DNA of 63,095 nt, the filler included, from Stramenopiles sp. TOSAG23-3 (taxonomy: Eukaryota): the NCBI GenBank assembly GCA_900128585.1. It is 9 parts of 9 records of this genome, joined end to end, with 100 filler letters (N's around TTAATTAATTAA, not from the genome) between each part and the next. Parts side by side here need not be neighbours in the genome. Positions count along the whole stretch, not along the records: positions 33,592 to 44,666 come from LT642763.1; positions 44,767 to 55,830 come from LT642764.1; 7 more parts are not named here. One strand, given 5' to 3'. A program made the position numbers and the translations under genes. Positions 43,301 to 52,640 of this stretch are shown here, piece after piece (position 1 is the stretch's first letter; each line of letters begins with the position of its first letter). The notes beneath the pieces are model-generated. The model saw only the letters and a list, made by a program, of their open reading frames with translations, was not told where the DNA came from and did no database searches.

Positions 43301-44495
43301 GCAATACTTCCTTGTCATTGTTTGGGGAAACGGTTCCCTCACTGAATTTTCGTTGAACAGGCAAACTGACGCTGCACATAGACGCAGCGAGAAGGTATAC
43401 TGCAAATGGATTCTTGTACGATCTGTTAACGCAGAGGAGTTTGACAACTACGATGTAAAGTTGCTTCCTTCCCCGACGTCGAAATTTCGCTTGGGCCTTT
43501 GGAAATCCATTCGTTCCATCGAATGGTCGAGCGTGTCCAGAAAAGGTGGATACGGAAATTGTTGTTTTGATTTGACAATATACCATGTTTTTATCAGCGC
43601 ACTGTACATGGGCATAATTTATCTGCACATGGAGTATGCAATTGTCATGAGTGTTGCAATGACACCTGGATTGGACACAGACACGTATCTACGAGCAGTA
43701 CATAGACTCAACCGACTGCAGATGTATTCCACCCCAGCTTACGGCTTGGGCATCTTTCTAACAGTATTGGAGCTGTTGACTCACTTGCGCATGATGCCAA
43801 ATATTACTTTACTGGTAATTATCGTTTGGAACATCGGGGTAAGATTACGGTATTATTTTATTTTAATAGGGGTGATAATTGCGTCATACGTAACAATGGC
43901 TCATGTTTCGTTTAACACCGAGCGAGGTGTATCGTCGTTTGATAAATTGATTTTGGAGTCGTTCAGTGGAATGGCCGGTGATTACTCGATGGAATCCATA
44001 GTGTACGCGGGCAATGAAGCTGACATGTTGATCGAAAGGATCATGCTAATAATATACGTCATCCTGATGGTCGTCGTGTTGATGAACTTGACGATAGCAT
44101 TTATGACACAGATATACTCGGAAGTCCTTCGCAACGCGTCGTCGCGACTTTCATACGCTTATTTTGAAGATTTGGAACACATTTTGATGGAAGAGCGGGG
44201 TTTCCGTTTATCGCAAGCGGCACATAGGGTAGTGGCACCCGGTCTCAACCATAGTCGTGGTCGGAAAAAAAGCCATATAATACGGTCAAAATCGGTATTG
44301 ATAGAGTCGTCGTTTAAAGATGCTTCGCCGGTACGAGTTTCACGAGTTCACAGCGCGGGCTCCGTCAGACGAGAATCTACAACCCTTCTCGAACTAGCAA
44401 AAACCCAAGGACGTGAAGAACAGACTGTCGTAAATCCACTTTTTAAACTTCGGAATAGTCGCAGAGTAAATCAAATAAAAAAGCCCTGCGCGTAA
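40341..44495 (+). CDS. TRP/polycystin-2-like cation channel with N-terminal ankyrin repeats
   Basis: Ankyrins GADVN...RTPLHLAC, GNTPLHLAC, GQTPLHLA. S1 is followed by a long loop with DWLEWL, NNPRLVF...C and RFRTY. Pore/S6 region SFSGMAGDY...YVILMVVVLMNLTIAFMTQIYSEV. First ATG is 40341. Confidence 0.82.
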   Translation: MKSQEKEASGKEVVKVFSSQQWDRRKLFSSLSESGEGFSGLWSGGDKQSGERQKRHSAVHGDPSVSENFVRSTLSRKAAFQVARKKFETLFSERAPIMTLSDTVIMATIAGKAYRAKKVETSKQVKLTHGVKYGHIRQSLLDKLLLLALMQHDSPDRWVDLVKKVIQCGADVNWKAVYHHNRTPLHLACHSGHYLCARYLMESGAIVDSKDAGGNTPLHLACGQIAATPNVHIVRLLLDHGASARADNLLGQTPLHLAMAYLANADVQHLDLIQNHTKAHKQDGSVLSSAPVYCLKGIWADYYLSRAVEMIDFMDTKVVNRAFLKKLDDSYKHEVCRFHFQDSYVGITNSVPTRIFLQNHHLKSGDLIYLAGAKRTSDLEDGEYVVCNCTRHCITICYSKEVLPDNDDVYVDGGVIITSPYVSLLAAYQREPKHFDLAESKKFSKVQIANVESQQGYGTVVETNKPHGLKQNELIVIDEISGTDYYLNKKLFVVALVDDYVVRLRCPVDTYLSQYRDGEGRSVIRKSDKKVFNVASLDLDCFLEALTDEDRLIILTHVLDNMYMIQNNIVQTLLNQHSFDQQVEELMRQDEFGKPAFPIELQKNWLRKNRKLLDHIYDHPLELGYDSEIFQEPRTFISIKSKWQRKLLGKSLINLILFLIFGLLFFFVASLRLNFLRYDVSAFESSIQTSFLLEEYNKNNNEAYMDVEKPVDWLEWLDQVAKPAMFDSDVTTLDPNNPSNATNVDLTEETLRAGTAYHINNPRLVFRFSKGMRCSDNVVDFFKMGVAESYMSSADVCMNNLPSIAPYKDDRIDLGFHNVSLVSELKADPAVVAGSKKGGLYSYDITNIIPFSDDDYGYTISLPSNKTERHLIFDALAKSPVLKSRNLRSMALILLVGNPSITALSDCVFVAENSVSGQFVPYYRFRTYVLNLGTDGNSRMLFILQILLYCCFAFRIVLYTINRINWAKHTKNRLPFLSQKFKTVKTVQYFLVIVWGNGSLTEFSLNRQTDAAHRRSEKVYCKWILVRSVNAEEFDNYDVKLLPSPTSKFRLGLWKSIRSIEWSSVSRKGGYGNCCFDLTIYHVFISALYMGIIYLHMEYAIVMSVAMTPGLDTDTYLRAVHRLNRLQMYSTPAYGLGIFLTVLELLTHLRMMPNITLLVIIVWNIGVRLRYYFILIGVIIASYVTMAHVSFNTERGVSSFDKLILESFSGMAGDYSMESIVYAGNEADMLIERIMLIIYVILMVVVLMNLTIAFMTQIYSEVLRNASSRLSYAYFEDLEHILMEERGFRLSQAAHRVVAPGLNHSRGRKKSHIIRSKSVLIESSFKDASPVRVSRVHSAGSVRRESTTLLELAKTQGREEQTVVNPLFKLRNSRRVNQIKKPCA

Positions 44496-44666
44496 ATGTT
44501 TAAAAGCAAAATATGCATTAAACAAGAAAATTGGCTGTTATTAAGTAATTAAAATTAATGTACTGCGAACTTAAATCTAGATTTAGACATTCTAGGTTTA
44601 CATTCCTTCATGAACTGCGAACTTATCTTTGCTCTTTTGGTCTTACTAATCGATATACCCTTGTCA

Positions 44667-44766
44667 NNNNNNNNNNNNNNNNNNNNNNNNNNNNNNNNNN
44701 NNNNNNNNNNTTAATTAATTAANNNNNNNNNNNNNNNNNNNNNNNNNNNNNNNNNNNNNNNNNNNN
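44667..44766. other. Artificial contig linker
   Basis: N44-TTAATTAATTAA-N44. Confidence 0.98.
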
Positions 44767-45078
44767 AGTGGGTGGACTCCACATTAATCGGTATCAGAAT
44801 CTTGTCGAATGTGTCTCTGCTAGACAGGTGGATCCTTTTCCTGATAATATAATAATAGAGCTTATTACTAGGGATGATGTATTTTCCAATGAACGATTTG
44901 ATTCAATTTGTCCATTAACGTCCTCATCCGATATCTCACTCAGAGATAACATTATATATAATTTGTTTTTTTTTAAACAACAGAGTCGATTTTCGTTTTA
45001 AAAAAAATAGATATTATCTATACACAATTTTGCACATCCATAACAGGAGATGGGACATATTTAAAAAATGTAATAATT

Positions 45079-47574
45079 TTATATCGCTGGAGTGTCGGAT
45101 GCATTGCAGACACAAAACAGTCCCGCAGTACTTGTGTGGCGACACTTACCGTACCTGTTGTACATGGTCTTTTGGGTTACGTATAGAACTCGAAAATTCT
45201 TCATCGGGGATATTACATTGTACGAAAACATCATGTAATATACCACGGACCCTAGGCCTTCATCAAGTGTACTGAACACTGTGCGAACATAACGCAAATG
45301 TTTTTTTGATGGCTCTGATAACGGGAATTCGTCTTTCAAATCTAATGAGAGAACTTTCCCTAGCTTGAGAATTTTGCAAGGATAATTTTCAAATTCTACT
45401 GCTTTTGATCTCAGGAAACTGTTGATTATTCCAAGGCTTCGATTGGGCAGATCTGACAAGCCGGTGGTTTTACTGCTACCAAGCTGGGATATCCAGTTGC
45501 CTTCTCCGCAATGAAAGTCTTCAATGCCTGCCATGTTGCATGACCGATTTGCAGGGATACTCTGGAACAGACTGCGAGCCTGATGATCCTCCGTGTTGTA
45601 CAAATATCCCTGAAAAGGATCTGTTCCATCGACAACTCGTAGCATGGCCTCAGGATATGATGCCTGCGCTTCACCGAAGCAAGCGTTCACTTTGGACCCA
45701 TTTCCAAACAGGGATAGAATATGACCAAACGTTAAATAAATATCAAATGGGGTAACTAAACGCTGTTCGTTAGCACGAAGGTTTTCTGAAATGTTGTGTG
45801 TCTTCGCGTTTGGGTGGTTCAGTAATTTATTGGGCATAAGGATGGACAAAAATGGCATGCGTTGGTCAAAGGCAGCCGGAGGGCCGTGATCGCCAGCAAG
45901 TATTATAATGGAATTTGGCTCTGTCTCCATAATTCTATCAATGTATCGTGGGAGTGATTCTGCCACTACTGAGAGGTACTCCCGATGGTCGTGTGGTTCA
46001 TGCAGGTGGATATATGAAAATAGCGGTGCTACTTTTCTATCGATCGACCGGAGTAACTCATCCATGTACGCTTCATGCAGCAAACGACTGCCAGCGCACT
46101 GCGCAGTCTTATTCCAGTGCTTTGCAACATTTAGGGACCCCCCCAACCCTTTCGAAATAGAGCTTGCTTCGTTGAAGGTAAACACACCACGCTCCCCAAA
46201 ATACTCGCCCGTCTTTCTGCAGCAGGAGCATGAACACCCATGAAAATCCATCTTGTTGTCCTCGTCTGGGATTACCCCGCCGATATCATGGCAGTTTTTT
46301 GCAAGCTGGTCCTTGCTTTGATCCTCGCCCCTTGCCATTTCATGCTCTGCGCATCGCCACAGCTTTGGTTTTGCATTCCATAACCCGATGTGGGAACAAC
46401 AATAGCAGTCACCGCACCCCTTCAACCGCGCACTGGCACCCTGCCATAAACCTCCTACCATCTTGCATAGCTCGCTTTCTATGAAAATCGGGAATTCTTT
46501 TGACTTGTTGGCGGCAGCCTTCTTCATATTGGCAAGAAACCTGTTTTCTTCTTTGTTCCAGTCTCGGCAAGAATAATTTGGCTTTTTCCCACCCCAACAC
46601 CCCCAGTAATGCTCCCCTGTCATGCCACTGAAAGTCCTGTATCCAACTTCACTGTATATGCTCCAGTAAAACTTTTCTCTTGTCGCGGACAGCACCCGAT
46701 CGGTGCAAACTTTTTGTAAGCTCTCCTCGAGGGCATCCCCCATCGGATTGGCAACGGGGAGTCCCGTGAAAAGAGGGGTTAGATTATGGACGGTGGTTCC
46801 GAACGTTGCCGAATGATACCCTTCCATAATGAATGCTCGATGCGATGAATTATGGGAGCCACCTTCTCTCATAGACCTTAAAAAAAGTTCCAAATCGGAC
46901 CCATATTCTTTCATCATTGGGCGACTAGTACCTTCTAATGCTATAAAAATGACGGAAGGAAGTGAAGCCGGCGAATTGAAGATTTCCCGCCTTATGGCGT
47001 TTAAAACCTTTCTTTCATTCTCAACTTCCTCCTCTCCAGTATCTCTCGAAAAGTCAAGAACAAACTCTTCCCAATCCAAGGCTCCCGCCGATTGCAGAAC
47101 AATAATATCAAGTCCGGGGGAAGTCTCTGGGGGATGAAGCACGACGTTTATTTCGGCCGTACTTATATTGGGATCTTCTAGCGATTGAATAACAACGCCA
47201 AAGTCTTCATCGGTAAATAACCGCAAACGATTTTCGTTCTCGAACGGATATTTTGAATCTTGAATCCTTTGTGCCCATGTCATATCTCGCAATAAATTGT
47301 CGGACCATTCCTTCTGGCTAGCCGTTTCGATATGTGCCCGACGATACCTTATGGTCAACACGCCAAAGCTTAGAGAAAAATCAAGGTTATCTATTTTTTT
47401 CGGACAAACGATCGGATCAAGCTTTCTGGGCCATTGTACCTGAGATAGATATTCGGTCTCACCAGGAAAGAAACGCGTCCGCAAATATTGAACTCCCTCC
47501 TGGTCACCTTTGATAATGGTCAGTAATCCAAGTAAGAACGAACAACTAAAAAAGACCGTTCCATACCATTGCAT
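45079..47574 (-). CDS. DUF229-like alkaline-phosphatase/sulfatase-superfamily protein, secreted or membrane-anchored
   Basis: N-terminal hydrophobic segment. SVIFIALEGTSR, GTTVHNL, HLHEPHD, LAGDHG, RMPFLSILMP, NLRANEQRLVTPFDIYLT, SLFQSIPANRSCNMAGIEDFHC. Confidence 0.82.
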   Translation of the reverse strand: MQWYGTVFFSCSFLLGLLTIIKGDQEGVQYLRTRFFPGETEYLSQVQWPRKLDPIVCPKKIDNLDFSLSFGVLTIRYRRAHIETASQKEWSDNLLRDMTWAQRIQDSKYPFENENRLRLFTDEDFGVVIQSLEDPNISTAEINVVLHPPETSPGLDIIVLQSAGALDWEEFVLDFSRDTGEEEVENERKVLNAIRREIFNSPASLPSVIFIALEGTSRPMMKEYGSDLELFLRSMREGGSHNSSHRAFIMEGYHSATFGTTVHNLTPLFTGLPVANPMGDALEESLQKVCTDRVLSATREKFYWSIYSEVGYRTFSGMTGEHYWGCWGGKKPNYSCRDWNKEENRFLANMKKAAANKSKEFPIFIESELCKMVGGLWQGASARLKGCGDCYCCSHIGLWNAKPKLWRCAEHEMARGEDQSKDQLAKNCHDIGGVIPDEDNKMDFHGCSCSCCRKTGEYFGERGVFTFNEASSISKGLGGSLNVAKHWNKTAQCAGSRLLHEAYMDELLRSIDRKVAPLFSYIHLHEPHDHREYLSVVAESLPRYIDRIMETEPNSIIILAGDHGPPAAFDQRMPFLSILMPNKLLNHPNAKTHNISENLRANEQRLVTPFDIYLTFGHILSLFGNGSKVNACFGEAQASYPEAMLRVVDGTDPFQGYLYNTEDHQARSLFQSIPANRSCNMAGIEDFHCGEGNWISQLGSSKTTGLSDLPNRSLGIINSFLRSKAVEFENYPCKILKLGKVLSLDLKDEFPLSEPSKKHLRYVRTVFSTLDEGLGSVVYYMMFSYNVISPMKNFRVLYVTQKTMYNRYGKCRHTSTAGLFCVCNASDTPAI

Positions 47575-48531
47575 CGTTTAAAAACACTGCTGTTATTTCA
47601 ACCAAACTATCAACAACCACGTTTAATAGTTTCCTTTACTCTATATAATTTCACAAATGTTGGAAGGTTAAGATAAAAATTAAACATTTGTTTCTTGATA
47701 TATGGATTCACTCATTTATTCATACACACACACACTTGTTTTATTTATATTGATTCATTCATTTATTATTATATATAATACTACCCCTCCTCCTCCGTCG
47801 TTGTATATATTTTTTACCTACCGTGTATCAGGTATCAGGTTAATAAAAAAAGAAGAATCATTGGTGGAAAATGAACAAACATTTCTTCTTCTTTTTTATT
47901 TCTTCTTTTTTCTTCTTCTCTCTCTCTTTTTTTTTTGATTCTTGATGATTGATTGAAAAAGAAGAAATTTTCAAGAAGAACAAAAATATTTAGACGACTA
48001 TGTTGTTATAATATTATTATTACATAGAAATAGCATTTAAACTATAATTATCAAATCAATCCATCCATCATACTATCATCATACTATTATATATATTACC
48101 TCCTATAAGAGGTTCATATCATTGTCAATCAAAAAAAAAGAAGAAGAAGTATAGGAAGTATAGTAGGTACAGTACCAAGTAAATAAGGAATAATATTTGT
48201 TATTACTTGGGTATGTTGTCGAGAAGATGATGATGATGGTGTTGTGGGTATGTGTTATTGTATGTGGAAGAAGAAGAAAGAAGAAGAAGAAAAGAGGGTA
48301 TACAAATGTTAAATTGTCTATATCTGAACTCATCTTTCAAAAGCGATCCAAAAATATATTTCATAACAATGTAGAAAACATAAAATTGATAAAACATTGA
48401 TTTTAAACGCAACACTTTCAATCAACCGTGAAACTATTTATTTACTATTTTAGCGCAAAAAGCAAACGTCCATCTCTAACGAAACGTTACGTACCGCTCG
48501 ACCTTCAAACCTTAAATCGCATCACCCAGAC

Positions 48532-50268
48532 ATGGCAAACTACGTCAACGCCGTCAGAAACGTATCTGTGCAATCTGCAGTAGGGAAAATAACCAACGAT
48601 ATCGAAGAGCAGGGTAGGGAAATTGAAGAAAATAAACGTAAATTGGCAGTGACATGTGACGGCATTTATAAATGCGAGAGCGACACTGCCAAAGCAGAAG
48701 GAAGGGTCAGGAACCTGTTGAATTCGCTAAGCATTACACTCAATGGCCAGTGCCCCAATGTAGAGGAGACGTTTGACCAAGTGAAAAGCGTCCATCGGAC
48801 AAACTGCGAGGTAATGAACAAGAACCTTCAAGACTGCGTTGCACTCACGCAGAAACTCAAAACGGCAAAACAACTGCAGGAGACGTTTAAAGTCGAATTT
48901 GCTAGTATGTGCAATTTGGAGACCCAAGTTCGAACCGCGAAAGAAAAATTGAAAGCCGTGGAAGAGAGAGAGCAAGCAATTGAAGAAATGAAGCGGCGAA
49001 AAGCTGCAAATGAAGACACATGCACAGAGCTTTCCCGCCAGATTGCCGTTTTAGAAGACGACCTTCATGGCATGGAAAAAGAATCTATGCGTATTGAATT
49101 TGGAAAAGCAGCACTCGCAAAAGAAATTGCTGAACTTGACAAACAGATATTGAACAGGAAGCAAGAAGTTGCCGAGGAGGCCAAGTCTCTGGACAAAAAG
49201 ATTTTGGAGATAGAAGGGTTGATTGCCAAAGAGACGCAAGACCACGAGAAAGCTTTAGAGGATCAAAAACAAGAAATTGCAAAACTGGAAGATGATAACC
49301 GATTAGCTTCTGAAAAAATGAAATTGGAAGAAGCAAAACTCAACCATGCAAAAATCGGCCACGAAACGAATTCGAAAGAAAACGTAAGGCTTGATAGGGA
49401 CATCAAGAAAGCCAAGGAAAAGGACGAGCGGCTGCAGAAGCAGATCGACGAGGCTACGGCAAAACTGAGCGAGCAAATTGAATCGCTGCTCGCAGTCACC
49501 CGTGTTAATAAAAAACATGCCTCCGACACAGAACTTGTAATCCTATCGGACATTGGTCATATCTTTAATGAAATCAAGTTACGAGGACTTGATTTGAATT
49601 TTGATTTCACCTTACTGATATCTCTTTTTCTCGGCGAAAATATAACATTCAGCCAACTAACGAAGGATGAAATTTCTACGCGTGCTCAGCACTTCCTGAA
49701 AATAGAGACAGACAAGTTGGACAACCAGCGCGAGAATTTTTTGAGGGTTTACGAACAGTCAACAATGATGGCAGAAGAATTTTACACGCGCTCAATCCAG
49801 AACTACGATTCGCTGCAGCGCATGTTCGACACAGACGTTCACAAAGAACTGATCGAATACCTCCGTTCCAATCCTGCCAGTGAAGATGGAAAGGTGCTTA
49901 CAGGTGAGACTCTTGATTTCGAAAACTTAAAAAAGCGTTACTTGACTGAAGTGAAAATCTACGAAGCGAAAAAAGCAGAGCACAAGGCAGCAAAGACTAT
50001 GAATGCCAAACTTGAAGCAGCTATTGCTAAAGATCGAAAGAAACTTAGCAAGATGGAGAAAGCCGCGCAGTCAGCACAAGGCGCGCTCGGGATAGAAAAT
50101 ATGAAGGAGGCCAGCTTAAACTCAAACCACCGTTTGGCATCGGGAGTGAAAAATCAAGAAAGTGGCAGCACTGTGGTGCGTCACGAACGAGGTTTAAAGG
50201 GACGAAACAACCGGCGACGATTCAGCAAATTCCAGCGCATAAAGAGCAAAAAACGATCAGTGCCGTGA
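48532..50268 (+). CDS. Coiled-coil protein of unknown function
   Basis: 578-aa ORF rich in E/K heptads. Possible in-frame intron near 49537-49665. Confidence 0.75.
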   Translation: MANYVNAVRNVSVQSAVGKITNDIEEQGREIEENKRKLAVTCDGIYKCESDTAKAEGRVRNLLNSLSITLNGQCPNVEETFDQVKSVHRTNCEVMNKNLQDCVALTQKLKTAKQLQETFKVEFASMCNLETQVRTAKEKLKAVEEREQAIEEMKRRKAANEDTCTELSRQIAVLEDDLHGMEKESMRIEFGKAALAKEIAELDKQILNRKQEVAEEAKSLDKKILEIEGLIAKETQDHEKALEDQKQEIAKLEDDNRLASEKMKLEEAKLNHAKIGHETNSKENVRLDRDIKKAKEKDERLQKQIDEATAKLSEQIESLLAVTRVNKKHASDTELVILSDIGHIFNEIKLRGLDLNFDFTLLISLFLGENITFSQLTKDEISTRAQHFLKIETDKLDNQRENFLRVYEQSTMMAEEFYTRSIQNYDSLQRMFDTDVHKELIEYLRSNPASEDGKVLTGETLDFENLKKRYLTEVKIYEAKKAEHKAAKTMNAKLEAAIAKDRKKLSKMEKAAQSAQGALGIENMKEASLNSNHRLASGVKNQESGSTVVRHERGLKGRNNRRRFSKFQRIKSKKRSVP

Positions 50269-50453
50269 ACCCCCGCGCGACTTGCATCAAAACAAGTAGC
50301 ACGAGACACAAGCGAGGCGAGCATGGCCTGGAATTGGCAATGAAGACATTTGTATTAATTTAAAAATTGTAAACAAAATTAGAAGAACAACGTTCATTTT
50401 TCTTAACATATTCGGGGTGAACCATCGTGTAGCTGTACATTTCGCTGGTCCCT

Positions 50454-51746
50454 TTACTTCTGAACGACGTACCCCTTCGGGTTTTCAACGGGCACGCCTA
50501 CAGTTTTATCGAGCAAAATAAACTGCTGGGACTTCAGAAGAATATTCAACTCTGCGCGACTTCGCATAAGGGCCACGCAAATTTCATCCATACTGTGAGA
50601 TCCGTCTGCAAGCTTAATAAGGTGCTCGATAACATCATCGTTGCTGGTGGTGCTGCTGCCGCTGACACGAGCTACCATCGTGCTGGGGTTTCCAGCAGTA
50701 TAAATAGGATACTCGTGAACGCGGCAAATGAAACCATGAATCAAGCCGAACGTTATGAAGCGGCGATCGTCTATGTGCAATGCGTTGGTGTCATGCGTCA
50801 AACAAAAGTCAGCCAGACGCGAAGACGGGTCCATTGAACAGTAAAGGGAAAATACTTTTGTTACCGGTGGCGGAGACTTTGAACGCTTCGTTACGTACTT
50901 TACGCACTGGCGGGCAAAATCTTTGTTATCCAGTAGCTCGTTCACTCGTGGGCCGGTGGTGTACATGTTGCTGTACTGAAAAATGTCAACGAGGGCGACG
51001 CAACTAAAGTACAAGAGTTGTCGAATGCACTGCTTTACCAAGTCCACCTCCACCCCCGCATCTAACCCGATTTTCTTTACATACCGAACACCATCAACAT
51101 ACGGTAGGATTTGCAACATTGCCAGATCCCAGTCCGCAGTCTGAACATGATTCAATTCTCGCACCCGCACTGGCACGTCGTGGTCCCTCAATTGTGGTGG
51201 CTCGGGCAGTATGTGAAATAATTTTAAGCTCAAAATGTTCGCGTCGTCCAACGGCAGTACGCAGCGCGCTTCCAAATTTAACTTGTTTCTAGTATTTGTC
51301 AGTATCTCCTGCAGACGATTCTTCGACTCCCTATTAAATAAAAATTCGCTCTCGGTTTCCATTGCAAAAACGGTGGTGGCTATTTTTCTAACCAGTGGAT
51401 ACCACGGCCTCGCGTCCGTATCCCGACGAAATACGAAACAAAAGTTAAACGAAAACTTATTGCGTCCATACTTTGCGCCCTCGATTGATAAAGGGTAGCC
51501 TACAATCTTTTTGCCTCCTACCGATAATGCAACAATGTGCCCACACAGCTGTGTTGGACAGATAACATAGTCACTTGTCTTTGACAGTATCTCTTTTGCC
51601 GGAAAATTCAACGGGGCCTGGTACAGAATGACTGGGCCAAGCTCGTTGTCGAACTCTGCATAGAAAATACACTCCAACGGGACGGCATGGTGTTGCGACG
51701 CGGCGTTCTCCAGCAGCGCTGTCTCGCTACTATTGTTTGACGCCAT
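50454..51746 (-). CDS. NPRL2: GATOR1 subunit NPRL2 (nitrogen permease regulator 2-like)
   Basis: IFYAEFDNELGPVILYQAP, KYGRNKFSFNFCFV, METESEFL, WDLAMLQILPYVDG, VDIFQYSNMY, IDDRRFITFGLIHGFICRVHEYP, DGSHSMDEIC. Confidence 0.95.
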   Translation of the reverse strand: MASNNSSETALLENAASQHHAVPLECIFYAEFDNELGPVILYQAPLNFPAKEILSKTSDYVICPTQLCGHIVALSVGGKKIVGYPLSIEGAKYGRNKFSFNFCFVFRRDTDARPWYPLVRKIATTVFAMETESEFLFNRESKNRLQEILTNTRNKLNLEARCVLPLDDANILSLKLFHILPEPPQLRDHDVPVRVRELNHVQTADWDLAMLQILPYVDGVRYVKKIGLDAGVEVDLVKQCIRQLLYFSCVALVDIFQYSNMYTTGPRVNELLDNKDFARQCVKYVTKRSKSPPPVTKVFSLYCSMDPSSRLADFCLTHDTNALHIDDRRFITFGLIHGFICRVHEYPIYTAGNPSTMVARVSGSSTTSNDDVIEHLIKLADGSHSMDEICVALMRSRAELNILLKSQQFILLDKTVGVPVENPKGYVVQK

Positions 51747-52640
51747 AACTTTCTATTACACCCACTCGTTTCGGCGGCTTTCCTCCGCAGAACGTAGAGG
51801 AATAGTGAACAACTTTCCTTTTAATTTCATTCCCCTTCTTTCATGGTTTCCCCTTTGTGGTTTATAGTTTTCCTTGGCCGAGACGACGATTGTGCCCGGA
51901 TCGTCTTCTCTCGCTGCTCGCTGCCCGGCGTGCTCCGCCGTGATGATAATAATAATAATAATATTTTAAAAAAGAAGGGTGGTGTGCGTCGGCGTCGGCG
52001 TCGGGGAGGAAGGAGGAAGGAGGAAGAGAAGGAAGAAATATAGTTTGTATTTATATCATATAATAAGAATATACTACATTGAATAGTAAATATATTTCAT
52101 ATATAATATATATTAATAGTAAGCATTCAATTAATTAAATAGGAACAAATAGAATAAAACTACGTTCTGTTTTTGTACTTTAAAAAACTTGCTTTTATAT
52201 ATTTAAATTAAAAAATTATTAAGAAACTGCTGAGTGCTGACTGCTGAGGAGGAGTGTTGTTTTTTTTGTCTTCTTCTTCTCCTTCTCTTTCTCTCTCTCT
52301 CGTTGTTGTGTACTATTAATAATAATATTACCAAGGAGGAGGTATTATAATGATTGATAATATAGTAGTCGTCGCCCCCCACCAAAAAAACAAGCCCCAC
52401 AAACCTTTATTATTATTATTAGTATAGTAGAGGAGTCGTCAGTCTAATAATAATTTTATTACAAAGAAGTAATGATAAAAAATATGTGGACGAAAAGAAA
52501 CGATTTGATTTGGAAAATGCAGGCAATGAAATTGAAAACGGTTTCTTTTATTTTTGAATTGTCGAGAAGACGCTGTTCAGTCGTGCCTTTTTCTATGGAT
52601 AGGGCATGGCAGTAAGTTGACGAGGAGGGGACACAGAACA

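Noticed and set aside
50269..50343. Stop-codon readthrough or selenocysteine after TGA 50266-50268
   Set aside because: Only 24 further codons, no recognisable SECIS or redox motif, and TGA, TAA and TAG all end conserved genes normally in this window.
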